This document shows, in pieces, positions 39,521 through 48,976 of a DNA stretch of 64,000 bases. The notes below the pieces were generated by a model. The model saw nothing but the letters and a program-made list of their open reading frames with translations, did no database searches and had not been told where the DNA came from. Origin of the DNA: Candidatus Latescibacterota bacterium (GTDB lineage Bacteria > Latescibacterota > UBA2968); the NCBI GenBank assembly GCA_965205975.1, contig OZ242195.1:5408001-5472000 (forward strand), read 5' to 3'. A program made the position numbers and the translations under genes. Numbering within the stretch: position 1 is the first letter of the stretch; each line of letters opens with the position of its first letter.

Positions 39521-40461
39521 GTGCCGGCAAGAATCTTTTGCATATCCCCCGGGGGGCGTGCTTCAAACATCATTTCTTTTTTTGTTACGGGATGCACGAA
39601 TGTCAATTGAGTCGCGTGGAGCATCTGTCGATTTGTTTGCGCGAGCAGGTGGGTTGCCTTCCTGCGAAACAGGGGGGCAATTCCAGATAGCCGCTCCTCG
39701 CGTCCACCGTATAGCGGGTCGCCAAATACAGGACGATTGAGATGCGCGAGATGCACTCTGATCTGGTGTGTACGACCCGTCTCCAGCGCGAGAGATAGCA
39801 AAGAGAGAAAATCGTAGCGCGCCTTTATTTTCCAGCGCGTTGCTGCATATCTTCCATTCTGAGAAACGGCCATTCGCGTTCGATCTTTGGGATGCCTTCC
39901 AATTGGTGCTTCTATGCGCCCTTCATCTGCTTCAAAGCCCCCCCATATCAGCGCGAGATAACGCCGCTCCATTGCACGGGCTTCCAACTGGGCAGCCAAT
40001 TTGCGATGCCCTTCATCACTTTTGGCGACGACCATCAGTCCCGATGTGTCTTTGTCTAACCGATGTACAATACCCGGTCGCAAAACCCCATTGATACCCG
40101 ATAAATGCGTGCAGTGTGACAGGAGGGCATTGACGAGTGTTCCCGAGGTCACTCTTCCCGCTGGATGTACAATCATACCCACAGGTTTGTCGAGCACCAG
40201 TACATGATCATCTTCAAAAAAAATATCCAGAGGAATATCCTCTGGATCAATTGCACTATCTATTGGAGGGGGTATATCTATTGTGATGCTATCGCCAGCC
40301 ACCACCCGATAGCTCGATCGCGTTGTCTTCTCGTTGATGCAAACAGCGCCCTCGGCAATCAGTTTTTGAAGGCGTGAACGCGAAAATTCAGGGCGTTGAT
40401 CGGCCAAATAGCGGTCCAGACGCTGGCCTTCATGTTGGGGCAGAATTTTTAGATGAATCAC
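39475..40461 (-). CDS. rluD: RluA/RluD-family pseudouridine synthase
   Basis: S4 domain RLDRYL; RPGIVHRLDKDTSG, LETGRTHQIRVH and LHA; start approximate. Confidence 0.9.
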   Translation of the reverse strand: MIHLKILPQHEGQRLDRYLADQRPEFSRSRLQKLIAEGAVCINEKTTRSSYRVVAGDSITIDIPPPIDSAIDPEDIPLDIFFEDDHVLVLDKPVGMIVHPAGRVTSGTLVNALLSHCTHLSGINGVLRPGIVHRLDKDTSGLMVVAKSDEGHRKLAAQLEARAMERRYLALIWGGFEADEGRIEAPIGRHPKDRTRMAVSQNGRYAATRWKIKARYDFLSLLSLALETGRTHQIRVHLAHLNRPVFGDPLYGGREERLSGIAPLFRRKATHLLAQTNRQMLHATQLTFVHPVTKKEMMFEARPPGDMQKILAGTYSSSSSSGISTNSG

Positions 40462-40927
40462 GGTTGTGCACTGTCTCACGGCGTTTAGATGTGATGCCAA
40501 AAGCAAAAATTAAGAGAGCGGTTCCCACACTGACATAGGTATCCGCGAGGTTAAAAACCCACCACCGCGCAGTTCCAATGCCAAAATCGAGAAAATCAAT
40601 TACGACACCGAACCGCACGCGGTCGATAATATTGCCAATTGCACCTCCCAACACCAGAGTCAAACCAATGGCTGCGAGGCGGTCTTCGGGAGGGATACGC
40701 CACAGCAACCCACCAACCACGAGAAGTGCCACACAAGCCAGTAATAGATGCAGGTATGGGTTGCCCAATCGGATGCCGAATACTGCGCCTGGATTGTGAA
40801 TGTAGGTCAGCTTAAAAAAAGATCCCAGCACCGGTACAGATTCGCCCAGGGTCATGGTTTGCAACACCCACCATTTTGTAAGTTGGTCCAGTACCAATGC
40901 CACACCTGTAATCCACAAAAATCTCAC
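40430..40927 (-). CDS. lspA: Lipoprotein signal peptidase II
   Basis: DQLTK, NPGAVFG, GAIGNIIDR, VIDF and FNLAD. Confidence 0.95.
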   Translation of the reverse strand: MRFLWITGVALVLDQLTKWWVLQTMTLGESVPVLGSFFKLTYIHNPGAVFGIRLGNPYLHLLLACVALLVVGGLLWRIPPEDRLAAIGLTLVLGGAIGNIIDRVRFGVVIDFLDFGIGTARWWVFNLADTYVSVGTALLIFAFGITSKRRETVHNRDSSKNSAPT

Positions 40928-40936
40928 AATTATGCC

Positions 40937-41308
40937 TCATGCTGATTTGTTTTGTTTTTCTTTACAAGGAACGCAAATTTCCGTAGTTGGTACAGCTTCC
41001 AATCTCGCTCTGGGGATGGGAGATTTACACTCTCGGCACACGCCAAATTTGCGATTTCTGATGCGTGTTAAAGCGGCTTCAATTTGGTCCAGATAAGCAC
41101 CGTCGCGTGCTGCAAATAGGAAAGCCTTTTCGCGTTCCATGGTCGCATTGCCCAAATCGGGCATGTGATCTGAATACGTCAGGTCGCCCGACGATTCTGC
41201 CGAGGTGATTTGCATGGAATGGCTCTGCAAAGTGCCCAGGTCTTTAACGATAGAGGAGCGTTTGTTCTCTAAAAGGTTTTCGAAATACTTCAGGTCTTGG
41301 TCTGTCAT
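40937..41308 (-). CDS. TraR/DksA C4 zinc-finger protein
   Basis: HMPDLG; FGVCRECKSPIPRARLEAVPTTEICVPC. Confidence 0.9.
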   Translation of the reverse strand: MTDQDLKYFENLLENKRSSIVKDLGTLQSHSMQITSAESSGDLTYSDHMPDLGNATMEREKAFLFAARDGAYLDQIEAALTRIRNRKFGVCRECKSPIPRARLEAVPTTEICVPCKEKQNKSA

Positions 41309-41309
41309 T

Positions 41310-41774
41310 TTATTCCTTTCTATCCACAGCTTCCCAAATTTGACACGCATTTTCTTTGATTAGCGCGTGTTGTTCCGGCCAAAAAAAAGTAGGCAGTGGA
41401 TCAAGCGGGACCCAGGACATGCTTTCATGGTGTGTTGTATCGGTTGGCACGGCATCAATTTGTTCGGTCAAATACAAAAAATAATGTGTTATTTTCCACT
41501 CTGTCTTGCGAAAATCAAGCCGTTCTTTTATGCCGAGTTTTTCTACGAGTTGCAGTTTTGATATTCCCACTTCTTCTTCGATCTCTCGTCTGGCAGCATA
41601 TTCGATTTTCTCGCCCGCTTCAATGTGCCCTTTGGGCAATACATAGTCGGTATGCCCTCTCTCGCGGGCGAGAGCCAATAATGCCTGATCGCCATCCCAA
41701 CGCACGACTACACCGCCTGCAGCGTGACGTTCTCGCAACCCTTTGGGGCGTATGTACCAGCTGTTGTCGATCAT
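41310..41774 (-). CDS. NUDIX hydrolase (Ap4A hydrolase-like)
   Basis: AAGGVV and Nudix box LPKGHIEAGEKIEYAARREIEEEVG. Confidence 0.9.
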   Translation of the reverse strand: MIDNSWYIRPKGLRERHAAGGVVVRWDGDQALLALARERGHTDYVLPKGHIEAGEKIEYAARREIEEEVGISKLQLVEKLGIKERLDFRKTEWKITHYFLYLTEQIDAVPTDTTHHESMSWVPLDPLPTFFWPEQHALIKENACQIWEAVDRKE

Positions 41775-41841
41775 AAAAGTTATTGTAGATGTGGGTTGAA
41801 CTGCTGGCGCAGTTGTAAACCGTTCCAAACCCAAATCTACG

Positions 41842-42717
41842 TCAGGTCCAGTACTTATCGTATAGAAGACCGAGTCTTTCTTTTGCCGCGCTGGAAATTG
41901 CATCTGGCGATGTGATAATCGCAAATTGTGCGGCATTGAGACAATCGCAATCCGATGTTCTGGGCAACTGTGCGGTCAATGTACATACAATTTGATTTGC
42001 GTGCTCGGCATTGGCTTTTAACACAGCGACTACGGCTTCTACCGATACATCTTCTTCTGCTTCATGCCAGCAATCGTAATCTGTACCCATAGCCAGCATC
42101 GCATAACACATTTCGGCCTCGCGCGCGAGCTTGGCTTCGGGCAAAGCCGTCATCCCAATCACGGTCGCATTGACTTCTCGACGATAAAAATGGGACTCTG
42201 CGCGCGTGGAGAACTGCGGTCCCTCCATACAGATATACGTTCCGCCATCGTGGGTGGTTACTCCGGAGTTTTTTGCAGCAGCCAGCAGTAAGTCGCGCAA
42301 TTCGCCGCAAAAAGGATCGGCAAAGGCCACATGTCCGGCAATGCCCTTACCAAAAAATGTGCTCGCACGGATGCCGCGGGTGCGATCAAAAATCTGGTCG
42401 GGCACCACCATATCACCCGGTTTTATAGCTTCCCGCATAATTCCCACAGCACTTATCGACAACAGATGCGTCACGCCCATCTGTTTCATGGCATATATAT
42501 TGGCGCGATAGGGCACTTCAGAAGGCAGCAGCACATGTCCGCGTCCATGACGGGGCAGAAAATATACCGATTGGTCGCCTATACGCGTTTCGACAACTGC
42601 ATCTGATGGCTTGCCAAAAGGTGTGGCAAGGCGATGTTCGGCTACGATTTCCACACCTTTCATGTGATAAACACCAGATCCGCCCATAACACCCAGTCGA
42701 ACAATCTGTTCAGGCAT
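41842..42717 (-). CDS. mtnP: S-methyl-5'-thioadenosine phosphorylase
   Basis: GGSG, RHGRGH, EGPQFSTRAES, GMTALPEAKLARE and TDYDCW. Confidence 0.93.
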   Translation of the reverse strand: MPEQIVRLGVMGGSGVYHMKGVEIVAEHRLATPFGKPSDAVVETRIGDQSVYFLPRHGRGHVLLPSEVPYRANIYAMKQMGVTHLLSISAVGIMREAIKPGDMVVPDQIFDRTRGIRASTFFGKGIAGHVAFADPFCGELRDLLLAAAKNSGVTTHDGGTYICMEGPQFSTRAESHFYRREVNATVIGMTALPEAKLAREAEMCYAMLAMGTDYDCWHEAEEDVSVEAVVAVLKANAEHANQIVCTLTAQLPRTSDCDCLNAAQFAIITSPDAISSAAKERLGLLYDKYWT

Positions 42718-43231
42718 CTTCGGCGTCCTGATCTGTGGCGTCATCTTCTATTTTTGGAATATCTTCTTTTACCACATCGAAGGTAGTTATTTGCAATTGG
42801 CCTAAAAAATCAGTCTGAACCTGTACCAGAGCCTTAAACTTGGACAAGAACATATCGCGTTGATTTTGTAACTCTAAAAGCTCTGTGCGGATTTCCTGCA
42901 CCTGTGTGCGTGCTTTTTCAATAGCCCGACTGCTGCGGATTTCCGCTTCTTTCACAATCAGCCGCGCTTCTTTGTGCCCATTTTCCTTGACTTCTTCAGC
43001 CGTTTGTTGAGCAGTTCTGAGCATCTCCTGGAGGGTTTGCTCCATTGACTGATAGTGATGCACTTCTGATTGCAACGCATTGAGAAATTCTTTTAGTTCA
43101 ATATTTTCGGCGTTGAGATGTTCGACTTCTGTCGCCAGCATTTCGAGAAATGCCTGCACTTCTTCTTGATCATAACCGCGAAAAGATTTCTTAAAAATCT
43201 GTTTGCGAATATCTTGTGGTGTGATGTTCAC
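42710..43231 (-). CDS. DivIVA-domain protein
   Basis: ITPQDIRKQIFKKSFRGYDQEEV followed by coiled coil. Confidence 0.92.
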   Translation of the reverse strand: MNITPQDIRKQIFKKSFRGYDQEEVQAFLEMLATEVEHLNAENIELKEFLNALQSEVHHYQSMEQTLQEMLRTAQQTAEEVKENGHKEARLIVKEAEIRSSRAIEKARTQVQEIRTELLELQNQRDMFLSKFKALVQVQTDFLGQLQITTFDVVKEDIPKIEDDATDQDAEDA

Positions 43232-43255
43232 AATTTCCCTCCCCCAGGGGCTATT

Positions 43256-43843
43256 TTATAATTCAAATACACTTTGGATAGCACTCTGAACAATTTGTAG
43301 AAGCAAAATTAACAAAATAGGCGACAAATCGAACATGCCCAGCGGAGGGACGATCTGCCTAAAAGGTCCCATAATAGGTTCAGTCAAGCTGTAAAGTGTC
43401 CACATAAACCTGCCCCCGCGCACAAAGGGCAACCAGGAAAATACAATACGCGCGATAATTAAAACCAGCAGGATCGCAACGGCCCCATAGAGCAACCAAC
43501 CGATGACATGCAGGATTTCGCCAGAAGAGATACCCTGTAGCAATCCTATGAGCGCAAGCAGTACATCGCTGGTTAACCATTTAAAAAAAAATGCCCCAAT
43601 CAATGTCGCTATCACCAGAATCAATGGTGCCGCAGCGGTATTTCCCGGCATGTGTTGCGCAATGGGCCACACGAGCGGATCGGTTATGCGCCGAACATAA
43701 TATTGAGACCAGCCAAAAGAATTCATACGCACCAAAATAGCGCGTAATAGCAACAACGCCACCATGCCGACTACCAGTGCAACAAGCATCCAGTCAATGG
43801 CTTGTTGAATTAAAATAATCGCCTGAGCAACCACATCAACCAT
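43256..43843 (-). CDS. YggT-family membrane protein
   Basis: Duplicated ITDPLV / LTEPIM...DLSP motifs. Confidence 0.88.
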   Translation of the reverse strand: MVDVVAQAIILIQQAIDWMLVALVVGMVALLLLRAILVRMNSFGWSQYYVRRITDPLVWPIAQHMPGNTAAAPLILVIATLIGAFFFKWLTSDVLLALIGLLQGISSGEILHVIGWLLYGAVAILLVLIIARIVFSWLPFVRGGRFMWTLYSLTEPIMGPFRQIVPPLGMFDLSPILLILLLQIVQSAIQSVFEL

Positions 43844-43846
43844 AGT

Positions 43847-44530
43847 TTATACCGTCCGCTGACCAAAAATCGCCGTGCCCACGCGAATCATTGTTGCGCC
43901 TTCTTCAATTGCAACTTCAAAGTCGCTGGTCATCCCCATAGACAGGATAGACACATGGGGCTTGTGAATTGCGATGCGATCCCTGATTTGTCGCAACAAG
44001 ACAAAATTTGGTCGCGCTGTTTCAGGGTCTGGATCAAAGGCACCAATCGTCATTAGCCCTGTCACTGAAATGCCCTGCAGGTCATCAACCTGCTCGATCA
44101 GGTTCAATGCCGCGTTGGGCGATATACCGAACTTCGATGTTTCGCCCGATGTATTTACCTGTACCAATACGCGAACTGGGGTGTTTCTCCGCACAGCCCA
44201 CCGGCTGATTTCTTTCGCCAGGCGCAATGTGTCAACCGAGTGAATCAGGTCGAATAAAGGCAACGCCTGTTTGACTTTGTTGCGCTGTAAGTGTCCAACC
44301 AAATGCCAGGATACGGTGCCTGCTACCTCTGGGACTTTATGCTGCGCCTCTTGCACGCGACTTTCACCTAAAACCCGTGCCCCCGCATCTACGACCTGTT
44401 GCACGACATCGGCAGGCCAGGTCTTTGTTACAACAATCAATTTAACCTCATCTGCCGACCGCCCGGATCGATGGGCTGCCCTATCAATGCGGTCTTGAAC
44501 GCGTTTTAAGTTCTCAGCAATTGCCGACAT
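43847..44530 (-). CDS. yggS: YggS-family PLP homeostasis protein
   Basis: VTKT, WHLVGHLQRNK, GLMTI, LSMGMTSDFEVAIEEGAT and RVGTAIFG. Confidence 0.95.
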   Translation of the reverse strand: MSAIAENLKRVQDRIDRAAHRSGRSADEVKLIVVTKTWPADVVQQVVDAGARVLGESRVQEAQHKVPEVAGTVSWHLVGHLQRNKVKQALPLFDLIHSVDTLRLAKEISRWAVRRNTPVRVLVQVNTSGETSKFGISPNAALNLIEQVDDLQGISVTGLMTIGAFDPDPETARPNFVLLRQIRDRIAIHKPHVSILSMGMTSDFEVAIEEGATMIRVGTAIFGQRTV

Positions 44531-44750
44531 AGATTGCGGTCTCAAAATTGATATATAGATTTCATAATTTAGGTAAAAACCAGTGTAATAGCAACAAAAA
44601 CGGCCTGGAATACTGGGGCGAACCGCGTGAGATTTTTAGCTATACAGGCCAAAAAACCGTTGACCCCATACGAGGGATATATGTATTGTAGGCGGTGAGA
44701 AAAAAAAGAAACTCACACAAAGACATAAAGGGGGGCTGGGGCAGGGCGGA

Positions 44751-44776
44751 CTGACAACTGACTACTGACTACTGGA
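44751..44776 (+). repeat. Heptameric tandem repeat (CTGAC(A/T)A)n
   Basis: CTGACAA CTGACTA CTGACTA CTGG; an inverted copy lies at about 55906-55933. Confidence 0.65.
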
Positions 44777-44785
44777 GTTATTCTT

Positions 44786-46708
44786 ATGCCGCGAAATGGT
44801 TATGGACACATGGTGTTGGATGACTATGTCGCGCGCGTGCGGGCTGTAAATGCCGACCGTGCGAAACGCCTATCATCCATTCGCACAAGAAAAGAAGCTT
44901 TCGCATACCGTGATGAAGTGCGTGAGGCGATTGACAACGCCTATCGCCCCTGGCCGAGCAAAACACCGCTTAATGCGCGTGTCGTCGGTACAATTGAACG
45001 CCGCCATTATCGCATTGAAAAAATCATCTTTGAGAGCCGCCCGGGCTGTTTGGTCACCGCCCACCTTTACGTGCCCGACAAACTCGATGGACCAGCCCCT
45101 GGTATTATTGGCTCTTGTGGTCATGCTGCCGATGGCAAAAATGCATCTCTTTATCAGGCATTTTGTCAGCGTCTGGCGCGCAATGGTTTTGTCGTTTTGA
45201 TCTATGATCCCTTTAATCAGGGCGAACGCGATCAATACTATGCCCTGCACAGTCGCGAGAGTGTGCGGTCTTCAACACATGCTCACAATATGATGGGCAA
45301 ACAACTCGAACTTGTGGGCGAATGGTTTGGCGCGTGGCGAGCGTGGGATGGTATCCGCGCGCTCGACTATTTGCTTACCCGTCCCGAAGTCGATCCCAGG
45401 TGCATCGGGCTTACGGGTAACTCAGGCGGCGGTACTATGACCAGTTGGATATGGCCGGTGGAAGAGCGTTTTACTATGGCTGCTCCCAGTTGTTTTGTCA
45501 CCACTTTTGCCGCCAATCTCGAAAATGAATTGCCCGCCGATTCGGAACAGTATCCGCCGGGCGTGATTGGCGCGGGTCTGGACATGGCTGATTTTTTTAT
45601 TGCCCGAGCACCATCTCCCGTCATTTTGCTCGGTCAAGCCTATTGCTTTTTTGACCGACGCGGTCTCAAACAAGCCTATTCTGAAGTCCGTCGTTTTTAC
45701 GATATCATTGGCGCGCCAGGCAATGCGACTGATATTTTTTTCGGGTCAGAAGGCCACGGTTTTTTTCGAGATAACCAGGAAGCTATGGTGAGGTTTTTTG
45801 CAACGCATGCCGGCATTCAGCAGGTTACCAGTTTGGAAGAGACCGAAGACCTGAGTGATGTCTTAAATGTCACTCCCAAAGGCGAGGTTGTGCCCGAAGG
45901 TGCTACTCCTATTTACGATCTGATTGCCCAAAAAGCAGATGTTCTTGCATCAAAACGCAAAGAGTTGAGGAAAGACGAACTCACCCGTCGTGTGCAAGAC
46001 GTGCTCGACTTGTCTGTCAACCGCGACCTGTCCCACTACCGCTGTCTGCGTGGAACGACGGAAGATGGCGTTCGTCTGGCGCGGTATGCGGTTGAAACGG
46101 AGGGCAATATTCGCGCTATTATGCGGAAACGCCTGTCCAATCCGTCTTATGCGCATACGCTCGATGTCGAGCGCGAAGTTCATCTCTATTTGCCACATGT
46201 TTCTGCGGAAGTGGATCTGATTGAGGATCCTTTTGCAAAAAGGCTGAAAGAACAACACCCGCTCTATGCGCTTGATGTACGCGGTCTGGGGGAATCGCTT
46301 GCCGATGATGAACGCGATTTTTTTCATCCTTATGGCAATGACTATATGTGCAATGGCTATGGTCTGATGCTCGGTCAAAGCTTTCTCGGACGACGGGTTC
46401 ACGATGTGTTATCCACACTCGACCTGCTGGCTTATGAAGGCGCGAAAAAAATCCATCTTTACGGTCGCGGACAAGGTGCGATTCACGCACTGTTTGCCGG
46501 GTTTCTCCATTCCGGAGTGACGACTATAACTCTGAAAAATTATCCGCTGTCCTATCACGCCTGGACACAAACGCCCCTGGTCAGTTGGCCCACTGCCAAT
46601 ATACCTCGGGGCGTTCTCACAGCATTTGATCTGCCCGATCTGATGGATGTCGTGGATAACAAACTCGCGCTCATACAGCCCTGGGAGGCGAATATGTTAG
46701 AAGTGTGA
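44786..46708 (+). CDS. Two-domain alpha/beta hydrolase (acetylxylan esterase-like)
   Basis: GNSGG nucleophile elbow, DGIRALDYL and HGF; the second domain is degenerate (GRGQG). Confidence 0.82.
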   Translation: MPRNGYGHMVLDDYVARVRAVNADRAKRLSSIRTRKEAFAYRDEVREAIDNAYRPWPSKTPLNARVVGTIERRHYRIEKIIFESRPGCLVTAHLYVPDKLDGPAPGIIGSCGHAADGKNASLYQAFCQRLARNGFVVLIYDPFNQGERDQYYALHSRESVRSSTHAHNMMGKQLELVGEWFGAWRAWDGIRALDYLLTRPEVDPRCIGLTGNSGGGTMTSWIWPVEERFTMAAPSCFVTTFAANLENELPADSEQYPPGVIGAGLDMADFFIARAPSPVILLGQAYCFFDRRGLKQAYSEVRRFYDIIGAPGNATDIFFGSEGHGFFRDNQEAMVRFFATHAGIQQVTSLEETEDLSDVLNVTPKGEVVPEGATPIYDLIAQKADVLASKRKELRKDELTRRVQDVLDLSVNRDLSHYRCLRGTTEDGVRLARYAVETEGNIRAIMRKRLSNPSYAHTLDVEREVHLYLPHVSAEVDLIEDPFAKRLKEQHPLYALDVRGLGESLADDERDFFHPYGNDYMCNGYGLMLGQSFLGRRVHDVLSTLDLLAYEGAKKIHLYGRGQGAIHALFAGFLHSGVTTITLKNYPLSYHAWTQTPLVSWPTANIPRGVLTAFDLPDLMDVVDNKLALIQPWEANMLEV

Positions 46709-46718
46709 AGGATGAAGT

Positions 46719-47495
46719 TTATCCTTCCAGTTGTTCGCGCAAATGGGATTCCATTGTTACAAACTGGGGGTCAGCGCGCAAGGTGTTTTCTCGAGGATGG
46801 GGAAAATTAACTTGCAAGTCTTCCGCGATTTTGCCGGGTCTGGCAGACATGACCACAACGCGGTCGGAGAGAAGCAATGCCTCGGAAATGCTGTGGGTTA
46901 TAAATAAGACAGCAGCACCGGTCGCCTGCCATATTCGCAACAGTTCAATTTGCATTTTTTCCCGCGTCATTTCGTCCAGTGCCCCAAAAGGCTCGTCCAT
47001 AAGCAAAACGGATGGGCGGAAGGTCAAGACTCTGGCAATAGCGACCCGCGATTGCATGCCACCGGATAGTTCGCGCGGATATGCCTGCTCAAATCCAGCC
47101 AATCCGACTATGTCGATCATTTCAGAGACCCGGCTTAAAATTTCTGCGTCTCCAAAGACCTCTGCGGGTAGGCGTACATTTTCTTCAACTGTACGCCAGG
47201 CGAGAAGTGAAGGATGCTGAAACACAAAGCCGACCAACCGTTCGCGCCGCGCGATTTCGGGTATTTTCCCCAGTACGCGAACCGTGCCCTTTGTCGGTGT
47301 TTCCAAATCGCCGACGATCCGCATTAAGCTCGTTTTGCCACATCCCGAGGGTCCGATCATACTGACAAATTCACCCTGCGCTATTTGCAGGGAAATTTGT
47401 GCGAGTGCCTCTACCCGGTTGCTGTCGGTCACAAAAACCTTTTGAATATCCCGCAGTTCAATGGCTAATTCACTCACTTCGCGTCTCACCTTCAA
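46719..47495 (-). CDS. ABC transporter ATP-binding protein (NitT/TauT family)
   Basis: GPSGCGKT, LSGGMQ, LMDEPFGALD and ITHS. Confidence 0.92.
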   Translation of the reverse strand: MKVRREVSELAIELRDIQKVFVTDSNRVEALAQISLQIAQGEFVSMIGPSGCGKTSLMRIVGDLETPTKGTVRVLGKIPEIARRERLVGFVFQHPSLLAWRTVEENVRLPAEVFGDAEILSRVSEMIDIVGLAGFEQAYPRELSGGMQSRVAIARVLTFRPSVLLMDEPFGALDEMTREKMQIELLRIWQATGAAVLFITHSISEALLLSDRVVVMSARPGKIAEDLQVNFPHPRENTLRADPQFVTMESHLREQLEG

Positions 47496-48973
47496 TATAT
47501 GTTCAAGTGTTTTTCCAGGGTCTTGACTACGGCTTTTAGCGTTTTAATGCGTGCATATAGCTTGCAATTGGACTCTACAATGGTCCACGGTGCGTAATCT
47601 GTATTTGTGCGGTACAACATCTCATCCACAGCGTCGCGATACTGATTCCATTTCTTTCGATTGCGCCAATCCTCATCCGTGATTTTCCATTGTTTAGACG
47701 GTACTTCTTCGCGGTCTTGAAAGCGTTTCAATTGTTCGTCTTTGTCGATATCGATCCAGAATTTGAATAATAAGGTGCCGTAATTTGCCATCTGTTCTTC
47801 CATTTCGTTGATTTCGCGGTACGCGCGCTGCCATTCCTGTTTTGTCGCGAATTCCTCTATGCGCTCGACCAGAACGCGCCCGTACCACGACCGATCAAAG
47901 ATGGCAAAATGGCCGGCTTTGGGCATTTTAATCCAGAACCGCCACAAATAGTGATGTGCCAGCTCAATATCATTGGGCGCGGCGATGGGGAACACGTCGT
48001 ATCCTCGCGGATCCATGCGGCGCACCAGGCGTTTGATATTGCCTCCCTTTCCCGCGGCATCCCAGCCTTCGTACACAATGACCACCGACTGCCTTCGCAA
48101 ATATACTTCGTGCTCAATTTCCCATATTTTATTTTGATAAATGCGGCGCAGGCGATCGTATTCTTTGCGCGTGAGTTCTCTGGACAAATCAGAGGTCTCG
48201 AGCATAGAATGCGGGATTGGGGGCAGGGAAACGGATTTGCCCCGCGTCTTTTTGTTTGAGGATGCCAGTTTTTTTTCGAGGACTTCTATCACTTTTTCAA
48301 ATACTGAAATTGTTGCGAAACGCCAATTTTCAGCCGGTACAATATGCCAGGGGGCATATTCATTGTCTGTACGTGCGATCATTTCTTCGATGGCTCCCCC
48401 ATACCATTCATATTGCTTATTTTTTTTCCAGTCGTAATCTGTCACGCGCCAGGATGTCAGGGGATTTTTTTCGAGTTGCTTAAAACGCTTTTTTTGTTCT
48501 TTGCGCGAAATGTGCAGGAAGAACTTGCTCATTACATGGCCGTCATCTACGAGTTGTCTCTCGAAATTATTCACTTCTTGATACGCCTTATCAACTGGCA
48601 GCTTGTCCATCATCGGATCCATGTCCTCTACAATGAACCGACTGTACCAACTTCTGCTGTAAATTACCAGGCGCCCGCGTTCGGGTATTTTGGTCCAGAA
48701 CTGCCACATATATGGTCGATAAATCTCTTCTTCCTTGGGCATCTGCGTCGAGTGTACCTTGACGCCGCGGGGATCGAGTACTTGTAATAGCTCATTGATC
48801 AGCCGGCCTTTGCCAGAAGCGCCCCAGCCTTCGAATACAATCGTTATGGGCACTTTGTTTTCCAGTGCCTTTCGCTCGAGTTGTCCCATTTTTATTTCGA
48901 GCTTTTCCATGCGGGCGTCGTAGTCAGATTTTTTGATCGTTTGTTTTAGATCAATATCATTCAGCAGTCGCAT
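47492..48973 (-). CDS. pap: Two-domain polyphosphate kinase 2 (polyphosphate:AMP phosphotransferase)
   Basis: Tandem PPK2 domains; the C-domain has EGWDAAGKGG and FDRSWYGR, the N-domain is degenerate. Confidence 0.9.
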   Translation of the reverse strand: MRLLNDIDLKQTIKKSDYDARMEKLEIKMGQLERKALENKVPITIVFEGWGASGKGRLINELLQVLDPRGVKVHSTQMPKEEEIYRPYMWQFWTKIPERGRLVIYSRSWYSRFIVEDMDPMMDKLPVDKAYQEVNNFERQLVDDGHVMSKFFLHISRKEQKKRFKQLEKNPLTSWRVTDYDWKKNKQYEWYGGAIEEMIARTDNEYAPWHIVPAENWRFATISVFEKVIEVLEKKLASSNKKTRGKSVSLPPIPHSMLETSDLSRELTRKEYDRLRRIYQNKIWEIEHEVYLRRQSVVIVYEGWDAAGKGGNIKRLVRRMDPRGYDVFPIAAPNDIELAHHYLWRFWIKMPKAGHFAIFDRSWYGRVLVERIEEFATKQEWQRAYREINEMEEQMANYGTLLFKFWIDIDKDEQLKRFQDREEVPSKQWKITDEDWRNRKKWNQYRDAVDEMLYRTNTDYAPWTIVESNCKLYARIKTLKAVVKTLEKHLNIY

Positions 48974-48976
48974 ATT

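Noticed and set aside
41842..42717. mtnP as a dedicated partner of the SpeE-like enzyme
   Set aside because: It is biochemically compatible, since it recycles MTA, but it is about 13 kb away inside a conserved housekeeping block
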